From Orbicella franksi (lineage: Eukaryota), in the NCBI GenBank assembly GCA_964199315.1, contig OZ116707.1, positions 6,634,001 through 6,698,000 of the forward strand: a DNA stretch of 64,000 nucleotides. Reading direction: 5' to 3'. The translations under genes and the position numbers were made by a program. How positions within the stretch are numbered: the stretch's first letter is position 1; every line of letters begins with the position of its first letter. The notes beneath the pieces are model-generated. The model did no database searches. It saw nothing but the letters and a program-made list of their open reading frames with translations, and was not told the DNA's origin. Shown one piece after another: positions 35,021 to 47,730 of this stretch.

Positions 35021-38000
35021 CGAGAATATTTTGTATCAAGTTTATGGCCTATAACATTATTTTCTAACTTGTTGTTCAAGTTACAGTTCCAAATGAAAAC
35101 AGTTTAAATGTGTAAATGAGAAACAAATTTTAATACATACTTGAAGTTAGAAACTTTGGTATCTTGTCAAGATACACATTGTATAAGGATGAATTTTCCA
35201 ATAAACGAGTATAGTTGTCATTTATAATTCCCAACATCTATCAAATTAATAACTTATCAAATCAACAATAAAAAATAATTTCCTCTCACCTTTTAGAACA
35301 GCACCTCTATTTTGCTACTACCTACATTTTCAACCACTTTCCCCACCCCACAAACAACAAAGCATTTTCAGCAATTTCCCAATGTGGGTCAAAAAACTCC
35401 ATAAGCCTAACAATTGGGCCATTTTTCTAAAACACCACTTGCTGTAGTAATTATTACAAATCATCCAGTGAGGGCCTACTCTGGACACCCCTACCCTCCA
35501 AAGATAAAAAAATTTCCAGACCTGTTGACTGTTCAATTCAGTTCCCACCGTTTTATCAACCTTTGGCAGCACTCACTTTCATAATGAAATTCCTAGTTTA
35601 GAATTAGAAAGAGATGTTTTAGGTCCTTTATCAGTCACTGATTACAGTCGAACCCCACCTTCTACTAGCCCCAAGGAGTTTTTTTCTATTTTGTTTACCC
35701 CTATGAAGTGGCCACCCAAAATTTAATACACCTAGTTTGGCTTTGTTTTGGAAATGGTGATGTAGAGTTCAAAATAGAAGGTGACAACAGATAGAAATCT
35801 TTAAAAACATGTTTACTATGATTGTGCTGACATGATTCCATGTTCACAAAAGCAATTGATATTAGGTTCATTATGTGCAACAGTAGTCACAAGACTTATG
35901 TAATGCATGTTTGTATTTGAAAAAATTATGTTTGTACCGACCCTCTGGCTAGTTCTTCATGACAGAATCCCTATATTAAAAGGCAATCCCAATTAAGAGA
36001 CCGGTCCTCCCATTTTCTGGAGGATGGTGGCTTAATAGGTATCATCAACTGTTAGTTATAGTTTGTTTGATTATCTATAGGAAGAGAGCAAGTCTCTGTT
36101 GGAGTTGTTCCAATGATGGAAGCTGCAGGGAAAGGACTCAATGGTGCCCAGTGTGCACTATCTGTACTGCCTATTGCAATTGCCAACTGCGCAGAGAAGA
36201 AGTAAGCCCAATTTTTATCTGGTGTACAAAAAATAATCTAAGCCCCTATTTACTTCCTTTCTCTGCTAAAAGATAATCAATATTTACATCTGATAATAGT
36301 CAAATTATTCAATGATATGTAATGAGGCTTCCCAAGAGAAAATAAATTTTACTGGGTGACATTGTCCAAAAATAGCCAATTACCACATGAAATGAACTTG
36401 TGATAAGCAGCTTTCTTTGAGCATTGTTGACATTCCAAAAGTTTGTCAGCGGTTATTGGTACGAATATAGGAAACTATGCAAAAAAGTATCTACTGTATA
36501 TTAGCTTGGACAAAAAGTGGAACTTACTGAAAGTCTGCATTGTTCATGATAATCTCTTAACCAGACCCAGTGGAGGATTGATACTGAAGGATTACACTAT
36601 TTATTTCCTGTTTCATTGCACGAACTTCTAGTTCGTGCCATCTCAAATGTTTGTGGTTTATATTAGTCAAAATTAATTCAACTACAGTAGTTTTATTAAT
36701 GAAAAATAAGTATCGTACTCGGAAAATAGCAGTTCGTGAGTTTTTGCTTTAACCTTTTGTTAAGGAGTGAAGTGAAAAAGCTGAATGTCCATCTCAAGGA
36801 AGAAAAGAAGGTCCTTAAAAAGCTAGGTCTCACTGTTGATGGAAAGCATTATAAAGTTGAATTTAAAGGTGAATAGTATTACATGAAATGCCAGGCCCTG
36901 CCAGATATACCAGCTTGTCACAATGCTTACTTCAGATGTTTTCAGCTGTTTTGCATGTCAGATCATGATAAGAAATTTTTAATGTTACGAGTTTTAAATT
37001 TACAGTTATTGCAGTTGAGTCTGCAGTCAAATATTCCTTTGTTTAAAAATGCAAGTGAACGAGGCAAAAGGCTCCGTGCAAAGCAAAATTGACCCTTTTA
37101 CCTTGTCTGTACACTGTATGTCAAACTGCTGATAACTGCAGTAAGAGCTACTGTTTGGCCTGACCACCCACAAAAACTATACACATGTCGTACTGTACAA
37201 GTTATGCAAACCCTCACTGTGTCTTAGGTTTCAATAACTGTCTCAAATTCTCTCAAGCTCCCTTTGCCTTAGACAATATTGTAAACAATGAAAAAGTCCT
37301 ATTTCTTAACTATTACTACTTCCATTGCAGTTATGGCTACTACATGACCTTAGAACTCCTCAAGTTCCCCAAATTTCCTTTGAATTTGAAATTTAGAGTT
37401 TGAAGTTTTATTTTTAAGTTTTTCCCACCAAGTTAAGAATAATATCATGCTCAGTTTCATCATACTCCTGGACATTGACAAACTTTCTTCTGTGCAATTA
37501 ATTTGTTTTTAAAATGACCGGAAAGAAGGCAACCTGCCTTCATTTGCGTGGTTTCCTAAAGGCACATCTTTCACCATTCACGGTAATTAGAAAAAGAAGA
37601 GAATTAAAGCACTCTTGCATGCGAGTTCGCTTTTGCTAGAAACCTATTGAAGTGTAATTATGGAATACTGAATGGCAATTGTCTTGGTACTGTCTTCTTA
37701 TATAATCAGTAAAAGATGATGAAAACTGATTTTTTGTTTTATCAATGGTGTCAATAGATGATTTAGCTAACTATACAATGATCTCCTATAGACAATTAAG
37801 CGGAGCTGATTTTGTGCTCCAAATTGCAGGGGATTGTATCTCTGTTAGTCTAGGATTTCAAAATTTCATTAGGGGGACATGCCCCTGCCACTCCCCCTAT
37901 CTTGGCAAGGCACTTTGGGCCTTGCATTTTTTCTACCTAGTTGTCATGGGCTGATGCCTGCCTTCTAAAAAACCTTATTGAAACCCCTGGTAAAGAAAAT

Positions 38001-38455
38001 AAAACTTTTTTCAAAAACCAAATTTATCCTCTAAGGTTACCGGATGGAAACATAACTATCAGTTACAGGACAAACAAACAAAAAGTAAATTCAAAAACCG
38101 ATTCCTGCCCTTCAACTTTTGCTCAAGACTGTTGCCTGGTAGGGCTTGAAAAAAGTGACGTCTAGTTGTCTTTTCGTGCTGGGCAAGTGACTTTTCATTC
38201 TCACTTGTCTGATGGGCAAGGGATTGGGCAAATCATCTGCCCGCTAAATCATTAACAGAGCAAACTAATACTTGCCTAGGGTAAGCGAAATTTGAGAGCT
38301 ATTTGTCCCAGGGGCAAGCTGGAATTAAGTTTTTAATGGAAATGTTTCTACAGTTACTTTGTGTCCACAATCTATGCAGGTTTATAGACAACTTTCTGGG
38401 TTTGATTTTCGGTGCGATGCCACATGTGGACATGTATCGCAAAATTCCTAATTTT

Positions 38456-38570
38456 GCCGGTCGGTTGCCGTGGCGCAGTGGTCATGAGTATCGCTTGCCA
38501 TGCCGGCGACCCGAGTTCAAATCCTCTTGGGGTCGCCCGTCAAACAGTCTTTTTTACGGTGTTTTACTTT
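38456..38570 (+). mobile_element. tRNA-Gly(GCC)-derived SINE-like head, copy 1
   Basis: A-box TGGCGCAGTGG, anticodon-like CTTGCCATG, B-box GAGTTCAAATCC. The acceptor stem does not pair. A homologous copy with the same 3' tail is at 49862. Confidence 0.6.
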
Positions 38571-40800
38571 ATATAAAATTTCAAAGTCTCGCTGCCGGAC
38601 ACAGAGTATTCTGAAAAACCTGTCCGGCTGCCAGACATGTAGCCACAGAGCAAAAAAAAGTCCAAAAAATGCCACATGTTGTTGTTCCAAATCATATGTT
38701 TGACTCGGAGTAGATTTACTAGAAAATTTCTTCCTTCCACGGGACTTACAAGCATCTTGTCCATTTTTCATGGACAAAATGTAACATTTAAAACAATGAT
38801 AGTTAACGTACCTGCACGGTTTAGCTGGTGTCGTCCTCTGAATAACGTTGGAGTCTAGTGGAAACACAACCCAAATGAAACAAGTACGTCAGCTGATCGA
38901 ACTCGGCTCATCTGTGACTCCAGCGAACAATCCACCGAGGATTCATGACTGAAACAGAGAATCCTTTGCAAAGAAGGTTGCCAGACAAAATCCACGAAGA
39001 CCGTTCACATTCCCTGGACCAAAGGCCAACACTTTCAATTAAATACGACGCTTGAACACGACGCACTGCGACACAGCTAAGGGCAGCCGACCGGGCGGCC
39101 ATTTTATACGTATGCTGTTTTTTCGTCCTCATGCTTCCACGGCCTGCCCCCGGATGCATGCATACGATGCATGCGTGTTTGCGTGACCATATTAGGCCTC
39201 ACATTTCCCCTCTGTCGCGGAAAAGTGTTGCGGAATGGAATTTTCAGTCTTTTATTACTAACCTCAATCGGAGAGTGAACATGGCTAATCAAGTAAAATT
39301 TCAACTGAATTTCCTTGAAATACGATTTCCTATTAGTTACCCTTTAGTGATTACTATTTGACTAAAGCAGTGTGAAGGAAATTCGCAAACGTTTTTTTTA
39401 ATAATTTTATCAAACTTCTGGTCTTTGACTGTCATTATTGTGCCCGTTACTGAAAAGTACCGATGCCATTCCACTCTCGTCAAGTAAGCTTCGCGTTTAT
39501 GTGACAAAAATTGTGCGCTCGCGTGAAGCCGCCATGTTTGTTTTGATATTTGTTGCCATTTAAAGCTCGCGCCATTTTTCTTACCCATTCTTCGCGCGGC
39601 CAAAAAACCCTATTGGGCCACCTTAACAACTAGCGCCAGTCGTATCATCTACGAATAGGTACTCTGATATAAAAAGGACGGGGGTACTTGTAGCACCTCG
39701 GTTCGGGTTCAAAAAGCGGTATTGGCACCTCTCAGGGTGTGCAGGCTCGGTACCTTGAAGGGTATCAAAGCGAAAAAAATATGACAGGTACCGAGAATTG
39801 CGAGCGGCGAATGTACGCTTTAAGAAATCTCAACTTGACTACTTATCATTCTCCTTACGATTTCGTTGCTTTCGTCAGAGGCTCTGCCATACCACACTGA
39901 AACAAATGACTTGCATACGATATACTCCCAGCTACAAAGCATGACAAAGCCTTGTGTGTCTATGGTCTTGCATTCATACGGTATCTTTTCAGGGCAAGCC
40001 TCAGATAATGTGGTGTTCGGATATATAACAAAACTGTCTTCGATCGAGCACTGATAAGTTTCACTAAACAATCACCAGAAGGATTTATATCAGGGAGTGG
40101 GATTTAGAAGATGGGTTCAACGAACAGCACCAAGACTTTGGAAACCGTCATTACGACAGGCGGACGGGCAAACAAGGGTCTTCATGAACTGTCAAAAAAA
40201 AATAATCGATGCTTATTACTATAGAATGCACTGAATTTGCTTCAGTGATCACCCAACTGCGATTTTTTTTTTGAAATCACCACACACACACCCAAAAAGC
40301 GATGGAACAGGACGAATCTCGCGGTACAGAAGGACTGGGCAGGGGTTGGTTCACGTCATCGTAAAGATTTGAATACTGTAACCATTTCGGACTCGAAATT
40401 CCTGTGTTTATATGTTTGGCGTTTCCCAGATCCAGCCCCACTGTTTCCCTTGTGCCAATCATTAAATGAATGCTTGTTCTGCACGCTCAAAGTGACATAG
40501 TGGTCACGTAAAAATCACAAAAACGGACAATATCATTTTGCATTTCTACATTTTATTTTAGCAATTGATTATTGGGTAGAGGTTAATGTATTACTTTGAT
40601 CACTTGAAACTAAAGCACCATATACGGGGGCGCATTGGGATGTTTATCGAGTGACTGATTTTTATCTAGATCACAATCTCAGTTCAGTGAGCCGAGGTAG
40701 TGAAGGTTTCGCAGTCACAAAATCAACGGTGGCTATTGAGCATTACAACTATTACCCAGGCACATGCTCTATGTAGATGGTATATAATCTCCGTAACATC

Positions 40801-43800
40801 TTAGCGCAGCCCGACGCTAATCAACCTGTTACTCGGTATGTTTGGATGATGACCATTAGTGTTAAAGGCCACACCCTTGTAATTCACGTTTGTGGACGCT
40901 GTGCGGAAGTATGGCGAGGCTTTGTCACCGCACCAAGAATCACACTGCTTGTAACAGCTGCCCGTGTAACCAGAAACGAAGAAACCGGTGAAGAAGGCCG
41001 TGTCACAGATCAGCAGTTGATAAGAATAAGCGTTGTTTGCACCCACGCCGTCCCACAATCCATAAGTGCTAGCAATATTCCCATAATTGTTAGCGGCCGT
41101 TATAGGCACTTTGGTTCGCCGTTTGAAGGAGACTTTCTTTCCGGTTTGGTGATCAATGAACATTATTTCCGAGAACTACAGGATAAATCAGAGTATGTTT
41201 GCATTAAGAGCACATTCGGCGAAAAAAGTGTTGGGCAGATTTCTTTTTGTAGAGTGTCCTTTTTTCGTAGCGTGTAGTTTGTTGTTTGAGATTCCAGCAA
41301 TATTTCACTATTCAGTCTACTCGATTACTAGTTGTCTTGCGGCTTTCATTGCCATTTGCAAAGTCACCCTGAACTGCTACTGTGCGTCCAAATGACGTAT
41401 TTCATGCCGATTTTTTGGGAAAAGGATTTACTAGATTGGTTACATGGAAGAACGTTTCACTGCTACGAGAAACGTGAAGTACGTATCGTCTACGTGAACA
41501 AGAACCCGCTTACAAAACACTGATATTACACTACATGATGGAAAAGTAACCAGTCAACTTACTACGACATTGTTACAGTTTGTTCTGTAACCGTCACTTC
41601 CATAAGGAAAATTGGAGCTGTACGAGACCTCAGTCCTGGGTTTTGCTTTATCATCGGTTGTGTAACACATGGTCCATCCTCCATTGAATGACGTCATGTC
41701 ACAATAAGCCAGGAATGCATTTAAATGGCTTCCTCCATCCGGGTCCAACCAGTACACACCATCTCCCTCGGAATGTCCTTTTTTCTTGATATCCATACAG
41801 TCGACTCCTACAAAGAACGTGAATGTTCTACTGAATATTACAAACAGCTGCACACATTAAAGAATTGTTTAATCCTTTGAATACCTCGGTTTGAAGAATT
41901 TAGCCCTGGCTGGAAAGTAAAACAGATACAATACTAGTACCCACAGGGTTGCCACGGGTCAGGACGAAAATTATTCAAGGTCAGGGAAAAGTCAGGGAAT
42001 TTTAATTTGAGTCGGGAAAAATTGACGTTTTGAAGAAAAGTCAGGGAGTATTGAAATAATTTAACACGGCTGATACAATACCCAGGATTGAAAGCTGGAA
42101 AAAAAAATATGGAGTCACTGTGATCTCAACGATGTCAATTTCCTGAATGAAGAGGGGAAATTTGGGAAAACTAACACTCTCGATAAGCGAATGGGAAAAG
42201 AAGCCGCTACTAAACCTGACATTTTGCATTTCTTCAGTAAGGGATATGTTATTTTTACCAGGGATAAGTCAGGGGATGTTGAAAAGGGATGTCAGTGGCA
42301 ACCATGAACCAACAGTGATCTCTAGCCGTATATTGCACCATAAACTTCTTAGTTACTATAAATCACGGAACGAAACTGAGACCATTTATGCGTTAAAATT
42401 ACTAGCAAATTTAGTTTAGTAGAATCGGGCTAGAACAGCATCTTTAACTTTTGATTTAACAGGTGAATTAAGTCTTGATACCTCGATGTTAATCAGGTCT
42501 AAAGAAGCAAAAAAAAAACAAAGTAATAATATCGGAGGGTGATTGCGAGACGAAAAATAGTCATTTTGGAAAATATTAAAATTATGACAACGACTTCCAA
42601 TTCCGTAGAAACCCGAGAAGAAAGAAATGACATCTAAAGCACTGAGGCCCGAGTGAAGTTACAAGATCCCAAACTCGAATTCTTGCATTCTTGCTTTAGA
42701 CAATGTCTTCGATACCGACCTGCTTTGTCGCGGGAGTTTAGTGCAACCTTTTGGTCTAACAGTCGTACCCACGATTTTCCATCGCAGAATTCCAAATGCA
42801 GTTCTCGCATGCGCAGCAAACCTTTGTTTTCGATGTTGCAGGTGGCGCTGGATTCTTGTACGCGAACCTCCTGAAAGCAGCGAGAATGCATGATTGAAAA
42901 TACTATGAATTTAGGTAGATCGTGTTTCTTTTTTTCTTTTCTTTTTTCTTAACTAACCAAATTTATCCCAAAGGTCGCCATTTAACTTTACGTTAGAAAG
43001 AGAGAGAGAAAAAAATAACAATAACTACCGGAAGACAACAATTTGGGGGGTACAATAGGATTATAACCCGTTAACCTGTAGTAAAAAACAAATGCTCAAT
43101 AAAGCTCACGTTTGGACTACATATCTTCCCTTCAATAAACCAGATAAAGAAAACACCAGTCAACATATCAGTTAACATAGTCTGCTCAAGTAATTGAAGT
43201 GTAAATAAGCCACAGCAAAAATATTCTTCAATCAAAAGGAGGGAGCAACTTCAGAATACCCGGCCACGTTATTTAACCTCGTATCTGCTTACTTTTCAGT
43301 TTTTTTTTTTTTCCGGACCCCGAGACGCAACTTAGGCTACAAACCAGAAGCAAAGACAAGTGAGTCGTTCCCGGAAACAGTTAGTCCCTCCCCTAAACCA
43401 GGATTCCCTACATATAACATATCGACAATGATTCTAAAGCTTACTTTTTAGAAGTCGAGGTTAAGGTAAACTGATAGTAAAAGGAATCGGCGTTTATTTT
43501 CCTTCCTAATTTGTTAAAAGAGTCGGAGGGGTGCAGCAAATTGAAATCTTACTTTCGACATTGCCCCCGTTATTTATTTTCACGTCAAAGCTGTATTAGG
43601 CACTGGTATAAGTTCCAGACAGACGCTATCATTAATCGCAGAACGGAAAGCAAAGCTCAGTATGTTAGTATTGGTTTTGCTCCATATTGTCAACCCGATT
43701 AAGCTAATTACAGAGTGAATTGCAAAGCATCTCGCGGGCTACTCGTCAGTAAGTTCAGGATTGTGCATATGCATATCAGGATAAATAACAGCTTCGTAAG

Positions 43801-44076
43801 TTTTTAAATAGACTGCAGTTAAATATATTATGAAAGACAAGGATATCAATACCTGCATGTCTCCGAGTTTGATTTGCCCAAGCTTTAGCGATTTTCCACC
43901 GCTCTGGAAAAGAACGTTAACTGGTCCGCACGCCACACCTCTGTCAAGAAAAGAACGAGTTAATACCATCAGAAGAGCCGAAAACCGAGAATATTGATAC
44001 ACATGATCTCGCGCCTTTTTACTTACTCCAGGCACAGAATGGCGACGAGGAAAGCGAAGGACAACTTCAGAAGCAT
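40801..44076 (-). CDS. Secreted fibrinogen-related (FReD/intelectin-like) protein, 5 exons, 302 aa
   Basis: Exons 44076-44027, 43940-43853, 42870-42720, 41807-41563 and 41175-40801. All introns are GT-AG, phases agree, total 909 nt with no internal stop. Signal peptide [21 protein letters not shown]. FReD N-terminal motif [24 protein letters not shown]...[15 protein letters not shown]. Confidence 0.88.
41944..42306. mobile_element. hAT-like MITE in intron 3 of the FReD gene
   Basis: TIRs CAGGGTTGCCAC / GTGGCAACCATG and internal GTCAGGGAA repeats. No clean 8-bp TSD. Confidence 0.6.
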
Positions 44077-45736
44077 TCTCGGACTAAAACCACAGCGGTA
44101 CGACAAGTACGAAATGTTAACCGTGTGGCTATCCAACTTTCATGTGTTTGGGCACGGGACACGATCGCGAGCAGCTTTATATAGCGATAAGAAACTCGAT
44201 CAACCTGGACATTCGATCTAACACATTGATCAGAAGTAAAGAAGCTTTCGATGTATAGCTATTATAAAAACAGATTTAAATCTAAAACCTGGGGATTTTT
44301 CCTCTGAGTACGTGCCTAGTTGGTGATTAATGATTTTCTTTTTTTTTTTTGGAAAATAAACACTTGAAGCTACTTCAGCTGGCACGCACGTTTTGTTGGT
44401 TTGAGTGTCGTGCTGACAGAGTGTCTATATTCAAGTTACGACTGTCAGTAATAGAAGCAAGTCGATTCTGTTTCCCGAACGACGCGTTTGTACAAGGTTT
44501 TAGTCAAGCATAACTTCTGCCGTCGTGATACCGCCTTGTTTCATCGAGCCGGGCGCTTCAGTTTTGACATACACTGTCTCGTGTGAAATCCAATTGTTCA
44601 AGGTCGAATATTAGCGAAAAACCCCTCATGGATGCTCTCCCGACCATAAGCCATGTGACCTTAGGTGTGGAAAAAATCGAATTAAATAAATTGTATTTAT
44701 TTGTTATTTTTCTGCATACTGTAGAAACAGTAATGCAAGGAAGCCGGCAAAAGCGATAAAAATATCATCAGTGAATCACCTAGCTGCACGCAAGTTCTTC
44801 GGAGGGATTTTCTACATTCAAGCTAGATATGGAACATAAGTATACACTGCGGGAGAAACACAAACGTTACTTCTCCTCCCGGTATAGTGATCATGACAAC
44901 AGCTGGAAAATGTGCATGTCTCGTAGTAAAGTTCTGCTCAGTTTAGAGATGATAAAGTAAACATTTCCAGCTCGACCACAGATAGATCACTTAACACAGA
45001 TGTCGGAAATTCTATTTAGTCCATTTTCGTGGTGTTATCACAAAAGATGATTGTTTACGAACTAATCCGTGATTCCTGTCAAGTTTACACAATAACCTTA
45101 TGACGCAGTTTCTAATCAGACGGTTTACTTGAGCGACCTAAACATTCAAACAGATTACAATAATCAGGAAATTACTTGAGGCTAAGTACGTAAAGTATTG
45201 CAATAATTAGGAATTATGCATAAAAAAAGTCGCTATATCATTGACACGAACGCACTTTCTGTGGGATGTTAATAAACGAAACACCCTCTTTAGAGTTTAT
45301 TCTCAACAACCAGGCTGGACGGAAGGGCAACTGGTTCCCTTTATCTTGCATCTAATTAGTCACAAGTAACCACCAACCCTGCCGAGACCCGGAGATTTTA
45401 ATTAAAATGTGTATATAGCCGGCTAGATATGTTCCCGGGGCGGATACTCCCATGTCAAAAGGTCTGGGATGCCCCCCCGTCTCACTCAGGAGTATAAACA
45501 ACGGACTTTGGTTTCACGTAAGGTCTTCAGGTGGAAACGTCGATGTTTTTGGTACTTTGAGAGTTGCAGTAGAAGAAATAATAAACCTGAAACGTTGTCA
45601 TGTTAAGTTTTAAGTGCAATGTTTTGGAGGACTAATCAAGATTTCCTTTATGGGTATAATTCAGATGTTTCGACCACAATGAACCCAGAGTTTAAGTAGC
45701 ACATCAAACTTTAAAGACTTTAAAGTTTTGTTTCCC

Positions 45737-46101
45737 ACACGAGAAAAATAAGCCGCGAACTGAACCATTTATACGAGCGCTGCTTTCGCGAAGTGCTCGT
45801 ATGAATGGTTCACGGCTTTTTCGTGACTTATGTCTCACTTTTGCGTTGGTTGTCATAGCAATTGCGGAATCGCGCGAGCGCGGGAAAAATTGCCCTTGCA
45901 CAGTGCGAGTTCGCGTCTTACGTGAGCCGGCACACAAGCCGCGATACAGGTTATTTATTTGGTTTCGCTCAAAACCCTCAGCCTACACAGGCCACGGCTT
46001 TAACATTATCAGCGGCTTGTGTAAGACCTGAACTGGTTAAAATGTACCGTTTATACGGTAAGTTCCCGTCTTGTGTAAGTCGCGGCTTATTTTCCTCGTA
46101 T
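45737..46101. mobile_element. MITE-like element with ~22-bp TIRs and an internal hairpin
   Basis: ACACGAGAAAAATAAGCCGCGA vs TCGCGGCTTATTTTCCTCGTAT. Internal inverted repeat GAACCATTTATACGAGCGCT / AGTGCTCGTATGAATGGTTC. Confidence 0.6.
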
Positions 46102-46762
46102 AAATTGCCCTATTGATGTCGTATAACGCGCTATTCTTCAGTTTATAGAGTCCTTGTATGACTGTCTTCCCCAGGTTTCTATTAGTATAGGTGGGTAGTT
46201 GATAGTTTCTGCATACACGTGCAATTTAAGGCGGAGGCGAAGCTGCGACGATGAACTCCCGACAGCCTCTCTGTTCACGCACGATCGAATAAAAATACAA
46301 GGAAATAGAGGGTTTCGAACAGTCTAAAGCCCGACTTGAAACTATGTTTAAGTTGTTGTTTTTTTTTGCTGCCCCGAAAGTGAAGTTCAAAACGACTAGT
46401 ATTATGAAGCTTAAAATGACTTATATAGATATACATTTTTTTATTTTATTTATTTATCTATCTATTTATTTTTTTTTGGGGGGGGGGGTTGGGGGGCTTT
46501 TGTTTTCAAGTTTTCGAGATTTAGGAGTCTTAGGATCTTAGGGATTTTCGTTTTTAGACACCCAGTTTACATATCAGTAATAATGGATGCCGAGACACAG
46601 AGAATAATCGCAACTTAACGAGGTTGATGTTTTTGTCTGGTGGGTCTCACTGCTTACAGCGAGTCAGCGAGTTGTCGTCAAGTAGTATACATTTTACAAT
46701 ATTTTTACATGTTTGAGAAACATTCGAATAACTGGGAGATTGGTTTATTTCCATTCTTCCAG

Positions 46763-46804
46763 TAGCCTCCTACGCTAACGTCTGGTCGACTGCGTAGGAG
46801 GCCA
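46763..46804. repeat. Collapsed inverted repeat (MITE-like footprint)
   Basis: TAGCCTCCTACGC...GCGTAGGAGGCCA: 11-bp perfect core arms separated by 16 bp. Confidence 0.55.
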
Positions 46805-47730
46805 TTTTTCGAGTAGACGGGGTAAGTTTCTAAAGAGACTGTGGTGCTGCGGCGGTGTGGAGTATAACAAGGTAATTTGGTTTTATCAACTGGGTTGATA
46901 ATGTGAATTGGCCACCGTGAAGAGATTCGCGTGCTGGTCGTGGAGATAAACTTTTAAAAAAAGAAAATAAAAATTGAAAACTGATAACGTAAAAAAACGT
47001 GTCAAAGTGTCATCTCGTGAAATATCACGAATGTTTGGTTTTGGAGAGGCTGGGATCTAGTTTGATAGGAGGGAATATTGGAGTATTACTACACGACTTC
47101 GACACCGAAGCACATTTTCCCGAGGGAGTTTCGAGGGAGTTTTGAGGGAGTTCAGGTACAGCTGACACGAGCAGACGGTGCATCGGCTGTCTCATCTGTC
47201 TCAGCTGTTCTCCTGCAATGTTTCACGAAGACTCAAGTAAGTATAAATCTCTTTATTTTAACCCGTACAAACGTCCTTTTACACTACAACAGTGCTTCGA
47301 CATCATTTCAAGACAGTTTTGGCCGTATTGCTTTGGAGTAAGTTCGCACGACGAATGCTCCGAAGACGGACTTTCTGCGACAGGCTTAGTGAACTGTGGA
47401 CTTTGTTGCAGTCGACTTAATGAAAACTAGCGTAGATTCCTTTGTAGCGACTGAGGAAAAACTCTTCGTCTCTATTTTACAATTTAATCTGGTCGGTAAA
47501 TGAACGCTATCACTTAAAGGTGTGACATGTGCACAGCACATTTTGTGTTGTAGTGTTACAGTTTGTAGTGAGAGTTAGGGTTTTCTGTTGAGATAAGGGT
47601 TTTTAGGATAATTTAAGCTTAGTTTCCTTTCTTTTTACTTAGGGGCTATTTCCTTGATTCGCCTGCTCATATCAACACGGAAGAGCAAAGTGAGAGAAGG
47701 TCGGTCATAAATGTGTCTATACAGAACTGG

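Larger units (their letters stand above)
31700..36868 (+). pseudogene. Spliced RAG1/Transib-like DDE transposase pseudogene (C-terminal half not found)
   Basis: Exons: ..32759 (GT donor), 33214-33453, 36081-36201 and 36765-36868, with compatible phases 0/1/2/1. Joined reading: LEFNLKLDGQPLSG-REQVSVGVVP...AQCALSVLPIAIANCAEK-KSEVKKLNVHLKEEKKVLKKLGLTVDGKHYKVEFK. Stops at 31770, 31839 and 32586; frameshift near 33295. Confidence 0.62.

Noticed and set aside
30681-37221. CACAGTG (30681) and CACTGTG (37215) flanking the RAG1-like gene as RSS-like TIRs
   Set aside because: The similarity barely extends past the heptamer (AGGG), there is no nonamer at 12 or 23 bp, and the flanks AACAA and TCTTA do not form a TSD. 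A 7-mer pair is expected by chance at this scale.
36869-37800. Next exon of the RAG1-like gene (should supply the second catalytic Asp)
   Set aside because: The candidate acceptors I tried near 37140, 37330 and 37710 run into stops or give no plausible Asp-containing motif.
38456-38540. Functional tRNA-Gly gene
   Set aside because: The acceptor stem does not pair, and a diverged second copy shares the 3' tail, which fits a SINE-like repeat better.
41936-42314. 8-bp hAT TSD around the intronic MITE
   Set aside because: The flanks AGTACCCA and AACCAACA match at only 3 of 8 positions.
46835-46930. Repeat fragment that I associate with ribozyme-bearing cnidarian repeats
   Set aside because: It ends at GAGATTC with no CTGANGA/GAAA core on either strand here.
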